A stretch of DNA of 64,000 bases from an uncultured Actinomycetota bacterium (GTDB taxonomy: Bacteria > Actinomycetota > Actinomycetes > Actinomycetales > Dermatophilaceae). Shown here one piece after another: positions 11,961 through 21,493 of the stretch. The stretch spans positions 236,670-300,669 of the forward strand of contig CAVOGI010000002.1 in NCBI GenBank assembly GCA_963695205.1, written 5' to 3'. Position numbers and translations under genes: made by a program. The notes under the pieces are model-generated. The model was not told the DNA's origin. It did not search any database and saw only the letters and a program-made list of their open reading frames with translations. The number at the start of each line of letters is the position of its first letter. The first letter of the stretch is position 1.

Positions 11961-11985
11961 TCCCGACCGAAGGAACCGATCACCC

Positions 11986-12819
11986 ATGTCCGTGCGCCGT
12001 CGCGCCCTCGTCCTTGCCACCTCCGCCGCGCTCGCCCTGTCGCTCGCCGCGTGCGGCGGCGGCAGCAGCTCTGCCGCGTCCAACCCCTACAAGCTCCAGC
12101 AGCCGGGCACCCTGCGGGTCGGCACGCTGACCGACGCCCCGCCGAACGTCTTCCTCAAGGACGGCAAGTTCACCGGCTTCGACAACGACCTGCTCACCGC
12201 GGTCGCCGCCAAGCTCGGCCTCAAGGTCGAGTTCGTGGGCACGGAGTTCAGCTCGCTGCTCGCCCAGGTGAAGACCGGCAAGTACGACCTCGGCTCGTCC
12301 TCGATCAGCATCACCGAGGCCCGCAAGAAGACGGTGGCCTTCTCCAACAAGTACGACTTCGGCTTCCTGGGCCTCGACGTCCCGAAGGGCTCGCCCATCA
12401 CGTCGTTCGCCCAGCTGTCGGGCAAGCGCGTGGTCGTCGTGCAGGGCACCGTCCAGGACGACTTCGCCAGCCGCGAGAACCTCAACCCGGTGCGGGTGCC
12501 CGACTACAACGCCGCCCTCAACCAGCTCAAGGCCGGGACGGCCGACGCCTGGATCACGCCCGCCGAGATCGGCGAGAAGACCGCGGCCGACTCGAGCGGC
12601 AAGGTGCTTGCCGTGGCCAAGCAGCTCGACCCCGGCGGCACGGCCTTCGCGGTCAGCCAGGGCAACACCGCCCTGCGCGCCGGGGTGAACAAGGCGCTCG
12701 ACGAGGTCATCAAGGACGGCACCTGGGCGAAGCTGCAGAAGCAGTACTACCCGAGCCGTGAGATCCCCGCCGACTTCAAGCCCGGCAGCGGCTCGGTCAC
12801 CATCGGCGCCGCGAAGTAA
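11986..12819 (+). CDS. Polar amino-acid ABC transporter substrate-binding lipoprotein (SBP family 3)
   Basis: Lipobox LAAC, FTGFDNDL, ITEARKK, KDGTWAKL. Confidence 0.92.
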   Translation: MSVRRRALVLATSAALALSLAACGGGSSSAASNPYKLQQPGTLRVGTLTDAPPNVFLKDGKFTGFDNDLLTAVAAKLGLKVEFVGTEFSSLLAQVKTGKYDLGSSSISITEARKKTVAFSNKYDFGFLGLDVPKGSPITSFAQLSGKRVVVVQGTVQDDFASRENLNPVRVPDYNAALNQLKAGTADAWITPAEIGEKTAADSSGKVLAVAKQLDPGGTAFAVSQGNTALRAGVNKALDEVIKDGTWAKLQKQYYPSREIPADFKPGSGSVTIGAAK

Positions 12820-12850
12820 CCACCCACCACCACCGAGAGGAGGGCCAGGG

Positions 12851-13639
12851 ATGGATGTCCTGAGCACCCTGTGGCAGACGTTCTTCGACGTCGACGCCAT
12901 GCGCACCGCCCTGCCCGAGCTGCTTCGGGTCGGGTTGCCCAACACCCTGCTCCTGGCCCTCACCTCGGCGGTGATCGGCACCGTCGTCGGCATGGTCCTG
13001 GCGATCGCCGGCCTCTCCGGCAGCCGTTGGCTGCGGTGGCCGGCGCGCGTCTACACCGACGTCTTCCGCGGCCTCCCGGCGGCGGTGACGATCCTGCTCA
13101 TCGGGGTCGGGCTGTCGCCGTTCGGGCTGCAGATCTGGGGACCCAACCCCTACCCGCTGGGCATCCTCGCCCTGTCGCTCATCGCGAGCGCCTACATCGG
13201 CGAGATCTTCCGGTCGGGCATCCAGAGCGTCGAGGCCGGACAGCTCGAAGCCGCTCGGGCGCTCGGCTTCTCACGGCCCAGCGGCATGCGCCTGGTCGTC
13301 ATCCCGCAGGGGATCCGGCGGGTGCTGCCGGCCCTGGTCAACCAGTTCATCGCTCTGATCAAGGAGTCCTCGCTCGTCTACTTCCTCGGGCTGCTGGCGA
13401 GCCAGCGTGACCTGTTCCGGATCGGGCAGGACGCAGCGGCCAACACCGGCAACGAGTCGGCGCTGCTCCTCGCCGGGCTGTTCTACCTGGTCATCACCGT
13501 GCCGCTGACCCACGTGGTCAACGCCATCGACCGCAGGCTCCGGGACGGTCGCCGCGCCGACGGTGCAGAGGGCGCCGACGACGAGCCCACCGATCCAGCT
13601 GCGCCATCCCTCGCCCTCGCCCAGGAGGCCCACCGATGA
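12851..13639 (+). CDS. Polar amino-acid ABC transporter permease (HisM/GlnP family)
   Basis: FRGLP, SAYIGEIFRSGIQSV..GQLEAARALG, IKESSL. Confidence 0.93.
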   Translation: MDVLSTLWQTFFDVDAMRTALPELLRVGLPNTLLLALTSAVIGTVVGMVLAIAGLSGSRWLRWPARVYTDVFRGLPAAVTILLIGVGLSPFGLQIWGPNPYPLGILALSLIASAYIGEIFRSGIQSVEAGQLEAARALGFSRPSGMRLVVIPQGIRRVLPALVNQFIALIKESSLVYFLGLLASQRDLFRIGQDAAANTGNESALLLAGLFYLVITVPLTHVVNAIDRRLRDGRRADGAEGADDEPTDPAAPSLALAQEAHR

Positions 13640-14415
13640 CCACCACCCCGACGACCGGCGCCCCCATCGGCGTCGACGTCGCCACCACCCGAGGCGTCGA
13701 CGTCGCCACCCGCGACGTCCACCTGTCCTTCGGCACCAACCACGTCCTGCGCGGGGTCACCTTCGACGTCCCGGCTGCCTCGACGACGTGCGTGATCGGG
13801 CCCTCCGGCTCGGGCAAGTCGACCTTGCTGCGCGTCGTCAACAGGTTGCTCGAGCCGGACTCCGGCGACGTCCTCCTCGAGGGCCGCAGCGTCCTCGCCG
13901 ACGACCCCGACCTGCTGCGGCAGCGCGTGGGGATGGTGTTCCAGCACTTCAACCTGTTCCCGCACAAGACGGTTCGCGACAACATCACCCTCGGGCTCAC
14001 CCGGCTCCGTGGCCTGTCGAGGGACGAGGCCGCCGAGCAGGCGCTCGCCCAGCTCGACCGCGTCGGTCTGCGCCACAAGGCCGACGTCCGCCCCGGGACG
14101 CTGTCCGGCGGCCAGCAGCAGCGGGTGGCGATCGCCCGCGCCCTGGCGATGCAGCCCCAGGTGATGCTGTTCGACGAGGCCACCTCGGCCCTGGACCCCG
14201 AGCTGGTCAAGGGCGTCCTGGCCACGATGGCCGACCTCGCGGCGGGTGGCATGACCATGCTCGTCGTCACCCACGAGATGGGCTTCGCCCGCTCGGTCGC
14301 CGACCAGGTGCTCTTCATGGACCGGGGCGTGGTCGTCGAGTCCGGAGCGCCCGGCACGGTGTTCGAGGACGCGCACAGCGAGCGGCTGCGGCGGTTCCTC
14401 TCGCAGGTGCTCTGA
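13636..14415 (+). CDS. Polar amino-acid ABC transporter ATP-binding protein (GlnQ family)
   Basis: GPSGSGKS, VFQHFNLFPH, LSGGQQQRV, FDEATSALDPELV, VTHEMGFA. Confidence 0.95.
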   Translation: MTTTPTTGAPIGVDVATTRGVDVATRDVHLSFGTNHVLRGVTFDVPAASTTCVIGPSGSGKSTLLRVVNRLLEPDSGDVLLEGRSVLADDPDLLRQRVGMVFQHFNLFPHKTVRDNITLGLTRLRGLSRDEAAEQALAQLDRVGLRHKADVRPGTLSGGQQQRVAIARALAMQPQVMLFDEATSALDPELVKGVLATMADLAAGGMTMLVVTHEMGFARSVADQVLFMDRGVVVESGAPGTVFEDAHSERLRRFLSQVL

Positions 14416-14480
14416 CCGGTCGGCCCGTCATCGCCGGCGGAAGGGGCGCGGACCTTGCGCGCACGCCCTAGGCTGACTGC

Positions 14481-15326
14481 GTGCTGCGCACCCGGAACCC
14501 GGTCCACGCCCTGACTGCGGCGGACCGCGACGATGCCCTGGAGGTGTGTGCGCGCAACCTTCCGGCCAACGTCTTCGTCGCCGCCCGCCTCCTCGAGGGC
14601 GTGCTGACCACGCAGCCGGGCACCGTCCTCGGGCACCGGGTGGACGGGCACCTGCAGTCGTTGTGCTGGTCCAGTGCCAACCTCGTGCCCGTCGAGGCCG
14701 ACGACACCGACATCGCCTTCTTCGCCGACCGCGTCCGACGGTGGCGCCGCCACTGCGCGTCCATCCTCGGGCCGGCCGACCAGGTGTCCGAGCTGTGGCG
14801 CCACCTCGCGCCGTCGTGGGGCCCGGCCCGCGCGATCCGGGCCGACCAGCCGCTCATGAGTGCGATGGACCTGCCGTCCTCCCTGGGCGTCGAGCTCGAC
14901 GACCGGGTCCGTCCGGCCACCACCGACGAGGTCGACCTCGTGATGCCGGCTGCCGCGCACATGTTCGAGGGGGAGATCGGCTACCCGCCCTACTCCGGTT
15001 CCGGCGCGGCATACCGCACGGCGCTCCTGGCCCTCATCGACCGCGGGCACACCTTCGTCGTCGTCGAGGACGGCGCGGTGATCTTCAAGGCCGACGTGGG
15101 CTCGGTGGCCCTCGGCTGCGCCCAGCTGCAGGGGGTGTGGCTCGCACCGCACCTGCGCGGGCAGGGGCTCGCGGTACCGCTCATGGCATCCGTCGTCGAG
15201 CAGGTCATGACCACCCGCGCCAAGTGGGTCACGTTGTACGTCAACGACTTCAACACCAGTGCCCGGGCGACCTACGCGAAGGTCGGCTTCGAGGACGTGG
15301 GCTCGTTCTCGACCATCCTGCTCTGA
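14481..15326 (+). CDS. GNAT family N-acetyltransferase (DUF4081-type, usually next to ispG in actinobacteria)
   Basis: FKADVG, QLQGVW..P.LRGQG, LYVNDFN..ARATY.KVGF. Confidence 0.85.
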   Translation: MLRTRNPVHALTAADRDDALEVCARNLPANVFVAARLLEGVLTTQPGTVLGHRVDGHLQSLCWSSANLVPVEADDTDIAFFADRVRRWRRHCASILGPADQVSELWRHLAPSWGPARAIRADQPLMSAMDLPSSLGVELDDRVRPATTDEVDLVMPAAAHMFEGEIGYPPYSGSGAAYRTALLALIDRGHTFVVVEDGAVIFKADVGSVALGCAQLQGVWLAPHLRGQGLAVPLMASVVEQVMTTRAKWVTLYVNDFNTSARATYAKVGFEDVGSFSTILL

Positions 15327-15577
15327 TGCAGCAGGACGCTCCCCGCGAGGACAACCCGGCCGCCGGCAACGCCCTGTTGTGGCTGACCGGGTCCGTGCTC
15401 ACCTTCGGGGCGTTCGTCCTCCTGGTCCCCGGTATGCAGCCGCAGGGGCGCACGTGGCTCTGGGTCGGGATCGTGCTGATCGGCGTCGGCGGGGTCACCT
15501 TCGCGCTCGCGCTGCGGGCCCGGGTGCGCTACCTCGCAGCGCACCGGGCGTCCGAGCGGGACAAGATGGCCTCATGA
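15326..15577 (+). CDS. Small 2-TM membrane protein (83 aa)
   Basis: TGATG and ATGA coupling at both ends; two hydrophobic helices. Confidence 0.55.
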   Translation: MQQDAPREDNPAAGNALLWLTGSVLTFGAFVLLVPGMQPQGRTWLWVGIVLIGVGGVTFALALRARVRYLAAHRASERDKMAS

Positions 15578-15990
15578 CCTCCCTGCCCGCCGTCCGCCGA
15601 CCCGTCCCGCCTCTCAGCACGGACATCGCCGGGCTGGCCGTGCTGTTCCTCACCTCGGGGGTGACGCACCTGGCCAAGCCTGAGGTGTTCGAGCCGCTCG
15701 TCCCGAACTCGCTGCCCCGCCGGCGCGAGCTGGTCTACGTCTCGGGCGTGGCCGAGCTCGTCTGCGCCGCCGGGCTGCTGCACCCGCGCACCCGTCGGCT
15801 GGCCGGTTGGGCGAGCGCGGTCCTGCTCGTCGCGATCCTGCCCGGCAACGTGCAGATGAGCGCGAACCACGGCAAGCGCGCCCAGCGCACGCAGACGACG
15901 GGGGCGAAGGCGATGTTCGCCGGCACCATCGCCAGGCTGCCGCTCCAGCTCCCGCTGATCCGCACCGCCCTGAAGGCCGCCGGCCGCTGA
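15574..15990 (+). CDS. DoxX-like membrane protein
   Basis: SGVTHL..P..F..LVP, YVSGVAE, PGNVQM, RLPLQLPLI. Confidence 0.75.
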   Translation: MTSLPAVRRPVPPLSTDIAGLAVLFLTSGVTHLAKPEVFEPLVPNSLPRRRELVYVSGVAELVCAAGLLHPRTRRLAGWASAVLLVAILPGNVQMSANHGKRAQRTQTTGAKAMFAGTIARLPLQLPLIRTALKAAGR

Positions 15991-15994
15991 TGAG

Positions 15995-16630
15995 TCAGTA
16001 GAGGCCTGTCGAGTACTGCTCCCCGTAGTACCTCTCGAGCTCTTCCACCGAGTCCTCGGGACGTTCGAGCGTCTTGGCGATCTCCGGGCGCGAACCGACG
16101 GCCATCGGGTCCCAGGTCGAGGGGTGCCAGAGCTGGGAGCGCATGAACGCCTTGGCGCAGTGGAAGAAGACCTCCTCGAGGTCGACGACGAGGGCAAGGA
16201 CGGGGCGGTGGCCCTTGACCTCCATCTCGTCGAACCACGGGGCGTCGGAGACCAGCCGGGCGCGACCGTTGACCCGCAGGGTGTCGCCGCGGCCCGGGAC
16301 CAGGAAGATCAGTCCGACGTGCGGGTTCTCCAGGACGTTGAGGTAGCCGTCGACCCGCTTGTTGCCCTTGCGCTCCGGGACCACGAGGGTCGTGTCGTCG
16401 AGGACCTTCACGAACCCCGGCGGGTCGCCCTTGGGCGAGGAGTCGCAGCGGCCCTGGGCGTCGGCCGTCGACACGACGCAGAACGGTGACGCGGCGATCC
16501 AGTCGCGGTCGAGCTCGTGCAGGGTCCTCCTCACCTTGTCCCGCACCCGGGGGAGCGGCTCGCCGACGAGCGCACGCAGCTGCTCGGGGGTCTCGATGCG
16601 GTGGTCGTCGACGGAGTCGTGGGAGCCCAT
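15995..16630 (-). CDS. PPOX-class FMN-binding flavoprotein (MSMEG_1061-like)
   Basis: [21 protein letters not shown]...[24 protein letters not shown]. Confidence 0.85.
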   Translation of the reverse strand: MGSHDSVDDHRIETPEQLRALVGEPLPRVRDKVRRTLHELDRDWIAASPFCVVSTADAQGRCDSSPKGDPPGFVKVLDDTTLVVPERKGNKRVDGYLNVLENPHVGLIFLVPGRGDTLRVNGRARLVSDAPWFDEMEVKGHRPVLALVVDLEEVFFHCAKAFMRSQLWHPSTWDPMAVGSRPEIAKTLERPEDSVEELERYYGEQYSTGLY

Positions 16631-16784
16631 CGCGCCAGTGTGCCAGCGGCCGCTCACCGCCGACCGGAGCTCGGGCGTACCGGGCCTGCGCACCCGCCCG
16701 GATGTCCGCCGGCACAACTGGGGTGAGCAGGCGCCATACGCACCGATATCCTCTGGTGGTTGTCCACCACCTGAGGAGTCCGAA

Positions 16785-18629
16785 GTGGCACTGCGCATGT
16801 CGACCCTGTTCCTGCGAACCCTTCGCGAGGACCCGGCCGATGCCGAGGTGCCGAGCCACCGGCTGCTCGTGCGGGCCGGCTACATCCGTCGCGTCAGCCC
16901 CGGCATCTACACCTGGCTGCCGCTCGGCCTGAAGGTGCTGCGCAAGGTCGAGAACATCGTCCGCGAGGAGATGGACGAGATCGGCGCCCAGGAGCTGCTG
17001 TTCCCGGCGCTGCTGCCCAAGGAGCCCTTCGAGGCGTCCGGGCGCTGGACCGAGTACGGCGACAACATCTTCCGCCTGCAGGACCGCAAGGGTGCCGACT
17101 ACCTGCTCGGCCCGACGCACGAGGAGATGTTCACCCTCGCGGTGAAGGACCTCTTCTCGTCCTACAAGGACCTGCCCCTGTCGATCTACCAGATCCAGAC
17201 GAAGTACCGCGACGAGGCGCGTCCCCGCGCCGGCATCCTGCGCGGACGCGAGTTCGTCATGAAGGACTCCTACTCCTTCGACATCGACACCGCCGGGCTC
17301 GACAAGAGCTACCAGCTGCACCGCGACGCCTACATCCGGATCTTCAACCGCCTCGGCTTCCACTACGTCATCGTCCAGGCGATGGCCGGCGCCATGGGTG
17401 GGTCCAAGAGCGAGGAGTTCCTCGCCACGGCGGAGAACGGCGAGGACACCTACGTCCACTGCCCCAACTGCGGGTATGCCGCGAACGTCGAGGCCGTGCA
17501 GGTGCCCGTCCCCGACGCGCTGCCCTACGACGACGCACCGGCCGCGCACGCCGAGGACACCCCCGACACCCCGACCATCGACACCCTGGTCGACCACCTC
17601 AACGCGGCGTTCCCCCGCGAGGACCGTCCCTGGGCCGCGGGCGACACCCTCAAGAACGTCCTCGTCGTGCTCGTGCACCCGGACGGCACCCGCGAGCCGC
17701 TGGCCATCGGCGTGCCCGGGGACCGCGAGATCGACGAGAAGCGCCTCGGCGCCCAGGTCGAGCCGGCCGAGGTGGAGGCCTTCGAGGAGAAGGACTTCGC
17801 CGCCAACCCGGCGCTGGTCAAGGGCTACATCGGGCCCGGTGCCCTGGGCTCGGGGTCGGCCTCGAAGGTCCGCTACCTGCTCGACCCCCGCGTCGTCGAG
17901 GGCACCCGCTGGGTGACCGGCGCCGACGTGGCCGGCAAGCACGTCATCGACCTCGTGGCCGGTCGCGACTTCACCGCTGACGGCACCATCGAGGCCGCCG
18001 ACGTCCGCCCCGGCGACGCCTGCCCCTCGTGCGGCCACGCGCTGGAGTCCGCCCGCGGCATCGAGATGGGCCACATCTTCCAGCTCGGCACGAAGTACGC
18101 CGAGGCGCTCGACCTCAAGGTGCTGGACCAGAACGGCAAGCTCCAGACGGTGATCATGGGTTCCTACGGTGTCGGGGTCTCCCGCGCCGTCGCCTGTGTC
18201 GCCGAGGGCAACCACGACGAGCTCGGGCTGCGCTGGCCGCGCGAGATCAGCCCCGCCGACGTGCACCTCGTCGCCGCGGGCAAGGACATGAACCGCGACC
18301 CGGAGGTCTTCACGAAGTCCGAGGAGCTCGTGCGCGAGCTCGAGGCTGCCGGGCTCACGGTGCTGTTCGACGACCGCCAGAAGGTCAGCCCCGGTGTGCG
18401 GTTCAAGGACTCCGAGCTCATCGGCATCCCCACGATCGTCGTGGTCGGCAAGTCGCTGGAGAACGGCATCGTCGAGATCAAGGACCGCGCGACCGGCGAG
18501 CGCACCGAGGTGCCCGTCGACGGCGTCGTCACCGCGGTCCTGGCCGCCGTCAACGGCACGGCCGGCAGCGCGGCCGACGCAGCGGCCGACGGCACGACCG
18601 ACACCGTGACCGACACAGCGGCCGGCTGA
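16785..18629 (+). CDS. proS: Proline--tRNA ligase
   Basis: [55 protein letters not shown]; SD gagga. Confidence 0.97.
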   Translation: MALRMSTLFLRTLREDPADAEVPSHRLLVRAGYIRRVSPGIYTWLPLGLKVLRKVENIVREEMDEIGAQELLFPALLPKEPFEASGRWTEYGDNIFRLQDRKGADYLLGPTHEEMFTLAVKDLFSSYKDLPLSIYQIQTKYRDEARPRAGILRGREFVMKDSYSFDIDTAGLDKSYQLHRDAYIRIFNRLGFHYVIVQAMAGAMGGSKSEEFLATAENGEDTYVHCPNCGYAANVEAVQVPVPDALPYDDAPAAHAEDTPDTPTIDTLVDHLNAAFPREDRPWAAGDTLKNVLVVLVHPDGTREPLAIGVPGDREIDEKRLGAQVEPAEVEAFEEKDFAANPALVKGYIGPGALGSGSASKVRYLLDPRVVEGTRWVTGADVAGKHVIDLVAGRDFTADGTIEAADVRPGDACPSCGHALESARGIEMGHIFQLGTKYAEALDLKVLDQNGKLQTVIMGSYGVGVSRAVACVAEGNHDELGLRWPREISPADVHLVAAGKDMNRDPEVFTKSEELVRELEAAGLTVLFDDRQKVSPGVRFKDSELIGIPTIVVVGKSLENGIVEIKDRATGERTEVPVDGVVTAVLAAVNGTAGSAADAAADGTTDTVTDTAAG

Positions 18630-19387
18630 TGGCGAGCGCGCCCCTGCAGGCCGTCATCTTCGACTGGGGCGGGACGCTCACCCCGTGGCACACGGTCGAC
18701 CTGCCCCAGCAGTGGCGGGTCTTCGCCCGCGAGGTGCACGGCCTGCCGGTCGAGGACCCCGCCATGCCCGTCGAGGACCTCGCCGAGGCCGACTCGCTGG
18801 CGCTGCGGATCCACCAGGCCGAGGAGAAGGCCTGGTCCCGTGGACGGCAGACCCACGAGAGCGCCTCGATCGAGGCGATCCTCGCCGAGGCCGGCGTCGA
18901 CGCGGAGCACGACCGGCACCACCTGGCGCTCGCTGCATACCGCCGGTTCTGGGAGCCGCACACGCACACCGACCCGCAGGTCCGGCCCCTGTGGGAAGGC
19001 CTGCACGACCGCGGCCTCAAGGTGGGGGTGCTGTCCAACACGATCTGGACCCGCGCCTACCACCGTGAGGTGTTCCAGCGCGACGGTGTCCTGGACCTGC
19101 TCGACGGCGACGTCTACTCCTCGGAGATCCACGTCGTGAAGCCCCACCCCGAGGCGTTCCTCGCTGCCTGCGCGGCCGTCGGCGTCGAACCCGCCTCGGC
19201 CGTGTACGTCGGTGACCGGATGTTCGAGGACGTGCACGGGCCGCAGCAGGTCGGCATGCGCGCGATCTGGGTGCCGCACAGCGACATCCCGACCAGCCAG
19301 CAGGTGGCGGTCGACGTGACGCCGGACGCCGTGGCCCACGAGCTGCTCGACATCCTCGACGTCGTCGACGGCTGGCTCGGTCGCTAG
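18629..19387 (+). CDS. HAD-superfamily hydrolase
   Basis: FDWGGTL, LSN, KPHPEAF, YVGDR..EDV. Confidence 0.88.
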   Translation: MASAPLQAVIFDWGGTLTPWHTVDLPQQWRVFAREVHGLPVEDPAMPVEDLAEADSLALRIHQAEEKAWSRGRQTHESASIEAILAEAGVDAEHDRHHLALAAYRRFWEPHTHTDPQVRPLWEGLHDRGLKVGVLSNTIWTRAYHREVFQRDGVLDLLDGDVYSSEIHVVKPHPEAFLAACAAVGVEPASAVYVGDRMFEDVHGPQQVGMRAIWVPHSDIPTSQQVAVDVTPDAVAHELLDILDVVDGWLGR

Positions 19388-20176
19388 GTGCAGGTCCTCG
19401 ACCTGGACCTGACGACGGTCCTGCTCATGGCCCTGGCCGGTTTCGGCGCAGGGTGGATCGATGCCGTCGTCGGGGGTGGCGGGCTGGTCCAGCTTCCGGC
19501 CCTGCTGCTCGGCTTCCCGTCCGCGGCGCCGGCGCAGCTGCTGGCGACCAACAAGATCGCCTCGATCTTCGGCACCGCGACGAGCTCGATCACCTACTGG
19601 CGCAGGGTCCGGCCCGATCTGCGCACCGCGTTGCCGATGGCTGCCGTCGCGTACGTCGGGGCGGTCGGCGGGGCGCTCATCGGTCTGCACATCCCCAAGG
19701 CGGCGTTCAACCCCGTCATCCTCGTCATGCTCGTGGTCGTCGGTGCCTACACCCTCGCCAAGCCGAGCCTGGGCCACGAGACGGCGCTGCGGTTCAACGG
19801 CCACCGGCACACCGTCGTCGCGATGATCACGGGGTTCGTCATCGGGGTCTACGACGGCGCGCTCGGCCCGGGCACCGGCTCGTTCCTCGTCTTCGCCCTC
19901 GTCGGCCTCATGGGCTACGCCTTCCTCGAGGCCAGCGCCAAGGCCAAGATCGCCAACTTCGCGACCAACCTCGGAGCCCTGACCGTCTTCATCCCCGGAG
20001 GCCACGTGATGTGGAAGATCGGTGCGGTGATGGCCGTCGCCAACGTCTGCGGCGGCTACGTCGGCGCTCGGACGGCCGTGGCCCGGGGGAGTAGGTTCGT
20101 CCGCGTGGTCTTCGTCGTGGTCCTCGTCGCCTTCATCGTGCGCATCGGCGGCTCGGTGCTGGGAGCCTGGTCGTGA
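19388..20176 (+). CDS. TSUP (TauE/SafE) family transporter
   Basis: DAVVGGGGL, ATNK, YDG..GPGTGSF. Confidence 0.9.
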   Translation: MQVLDLDLTTVLLMALAGFGAGWIDAVVGGGGLVQLPALLLGFPSAAPAQLLATNKIASIFGTATSSITYWRRVRPDLRTALPMAAVAYVGAVGGALIGLHIPKAAFNPVILVMLVVVGAYTLAKPSLGHETALRFNGHRHTVVAMITGFVIGVYDGALGPGTGSFLVFALVGLMGYAFLEASAKAKIANFATNLGALTVFIPGGHVMWKIGAVMAVANVCGGYVGARTAVARGSRFVRVVFVVVLVAFIVRIGGSVLGAWS

Positions 20177-20880
20177 CACCGCACGCCGACCCGCGCCTGC
20201 TCGACCGGTGCGCCGCCCTGGTCGAGGGTGCCGCGACGGATGAGGCGGTAGGGGGCCGCGGCCGGCGCCGGGTCCTGGGCATCAGCGGCGCCCCGGGAGC
20301 CGGGAAGACCACCCTGGTCCTGGCCGTGCTGGCGGCAGCCGCCGGGGACCCACGCCTCGCCGGCCGCGTCGCCCACGTCCCCATGGACGGCTACCACCTC
20401 CCGAACGCCGAGCTCGACCGGCTCGGTCGCCGCAACCGCAAGGGCGCTCCGGACACCTTCGACGTCCAGGCGTATGCAGCGACGCTCGCCACCGCGCGTG
20501 CCCTCCCGCGCACCGCGCTGTGGGCGCCGAGCTTCGACCACGGTGTCGGGGAGCCCGCTCCCGACAGCATCGAGGTGCCCGAGGACGCCGACCTCGTGCT
20601 GACCGAGGGCAACTACCTGCTGCTGCCCGACGGTGGCTGGCCGGCGGTGCGGGACCAGCTCGACGAGGTGTGGTTCTGCGACCTCGGTGCCGACCAGCGC
20701 CGCTCGCGCCTCATCGACAGGCACGTCCTCACCGGTCGCGAGGTGGACGACGCCGAGGCGTGGGTCGTCCGGTCCGACGAGGCGAACGCGCGCCTGGTCG
20801 TCGGCGGGCGTGACGAGGCCGATGTGGTCCTCGTCGACGGTCAGATCGAGCGACCGGCGAAGGCCGCGAGGCGCTCGTAG
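20173..20880 (+). CDS. Nucleoside/nucleotide kinase family P-loop protein (FrcK/YggC-like)
   Basis: GAPGAGKT, PMDGYH, RKGAPDTFD, EGNYLL. Confidence 0.85.
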   Translation: MTPHADPRLLDRCAALVEGAATDEAVGGRGRRRVLGISGAPGAGKTTLVLAVLAAAAGDPRLAGRVAHVPMDGYHLPNAELDRLGRRNRKGAPDTFDVQAYAATLATARALPRTALWAPSFDHGVGEPAPDSIEVPEDADLVLTEGNYLLLPDGGWPAVRDQLDEVWFCDLGADQRRSRLIDRHVLTGREVDDAEAWVVRSDEANARLVVGGRDEADVVLVDGQIERPAKAARRS

Positions 20881-21368
20881 GGACCCGCGTCCCCCGTGGG
20901 CTCCTGCTCGGGCTTGAACGCCGCGCCGCGTCGCTCGGGAGTCAGTGCCTGCGACATCGTGGCGTAGGCGACCTCGGCCACCTCCGGGTCCAGCTCTGCG
21001 GCGTCCTTGCCCAGTGCCGTGGCGAGGTCCCACGAGTGCACGGCCAGCTCGGCGACCTGGAACCCGGGGCCGCCCGGCGCGTCGGGGTTCTGGACCCATG
21101 CGGCGCGCAGGTCGTCCGCGTTCGAGCGGAAGGCGGCCGACCAGTCGTCGGGGAGCTTGGCCGACGCGGACCAGTCGGGGCTCTCGCCACGGACCGAGGC
21201 CGCGAAGTTGGCCGGGCCCTGCACGACGTGGCCGAGCAGCTCGCGCACCGTCCAGTCCGTGCACGGTGTCGGGCGCTCGAGGTCGGAGGGCTGCACCGCC
21301 TCCACCAGGGTGGAGAGCTGGGTCAGTCCGCGGTCGAGGGTCGAGAGGTCGTCTCGTGTGGTGTCCAT
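20841..21368 (-). CDS. TIGR03086-like DinB/mycothiol-dependent maleylpyruvate isomerase-family metal-binding protein
   Basis: PTPCTDWTVRELLGH, ELAVHSWDLA, LAAFAGR. Confidence 0.85.
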   Translation of the reverse strand: MDTTRDDLSTLDRGLTQLSTLVEAVQPSDLERPTPCTDWTVRELLGHVVQGPANFAASVRGESPDWSASAKLPDDWSAAFRSNADDLRAAWVQNPDAPGGPGFQVAELAVHSWDLATALGKDAAELDPEVAEVAYATMSQALTPERRGAAFKPEQEPTGDAGPYERLAAFAGRSI

Positions 21369-21493
21369 CCCGTTACGCAACCACTCCAGCACCGCACAGA
21401 CAAGACCTTTCGGGCACTCGGCGAACCCAAACCGACGTCACGGGCCGTCCACAGCAAACTCCTAGACTTCGGCCGCACAGTATCCCTGTGACC

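Noticed and set aside
11673-11985. Known riboswitch or T-box upstream of the amino-acid ABC operon
   Set aside because: No recognisable T-box, SAM, glycine, TPP or cobalamin consensus was seen. A leader-peptide model fits better.
15735-18266. Very long antisense or alternative-frame ORFs (e.g. 843 aa here; also 49418-51688, 54240-56660, 56098-58614)
   Set aside because: These are shadow ORFs of high-GC genes, where stops are rare, with no recognisable motifs.
21369-21493. Repeated cacag boxes upstream of the flavinylation operon as response-regulator sites
   Set aside because: Short, irregularly spaced, and not distinguishable from chance by eye.
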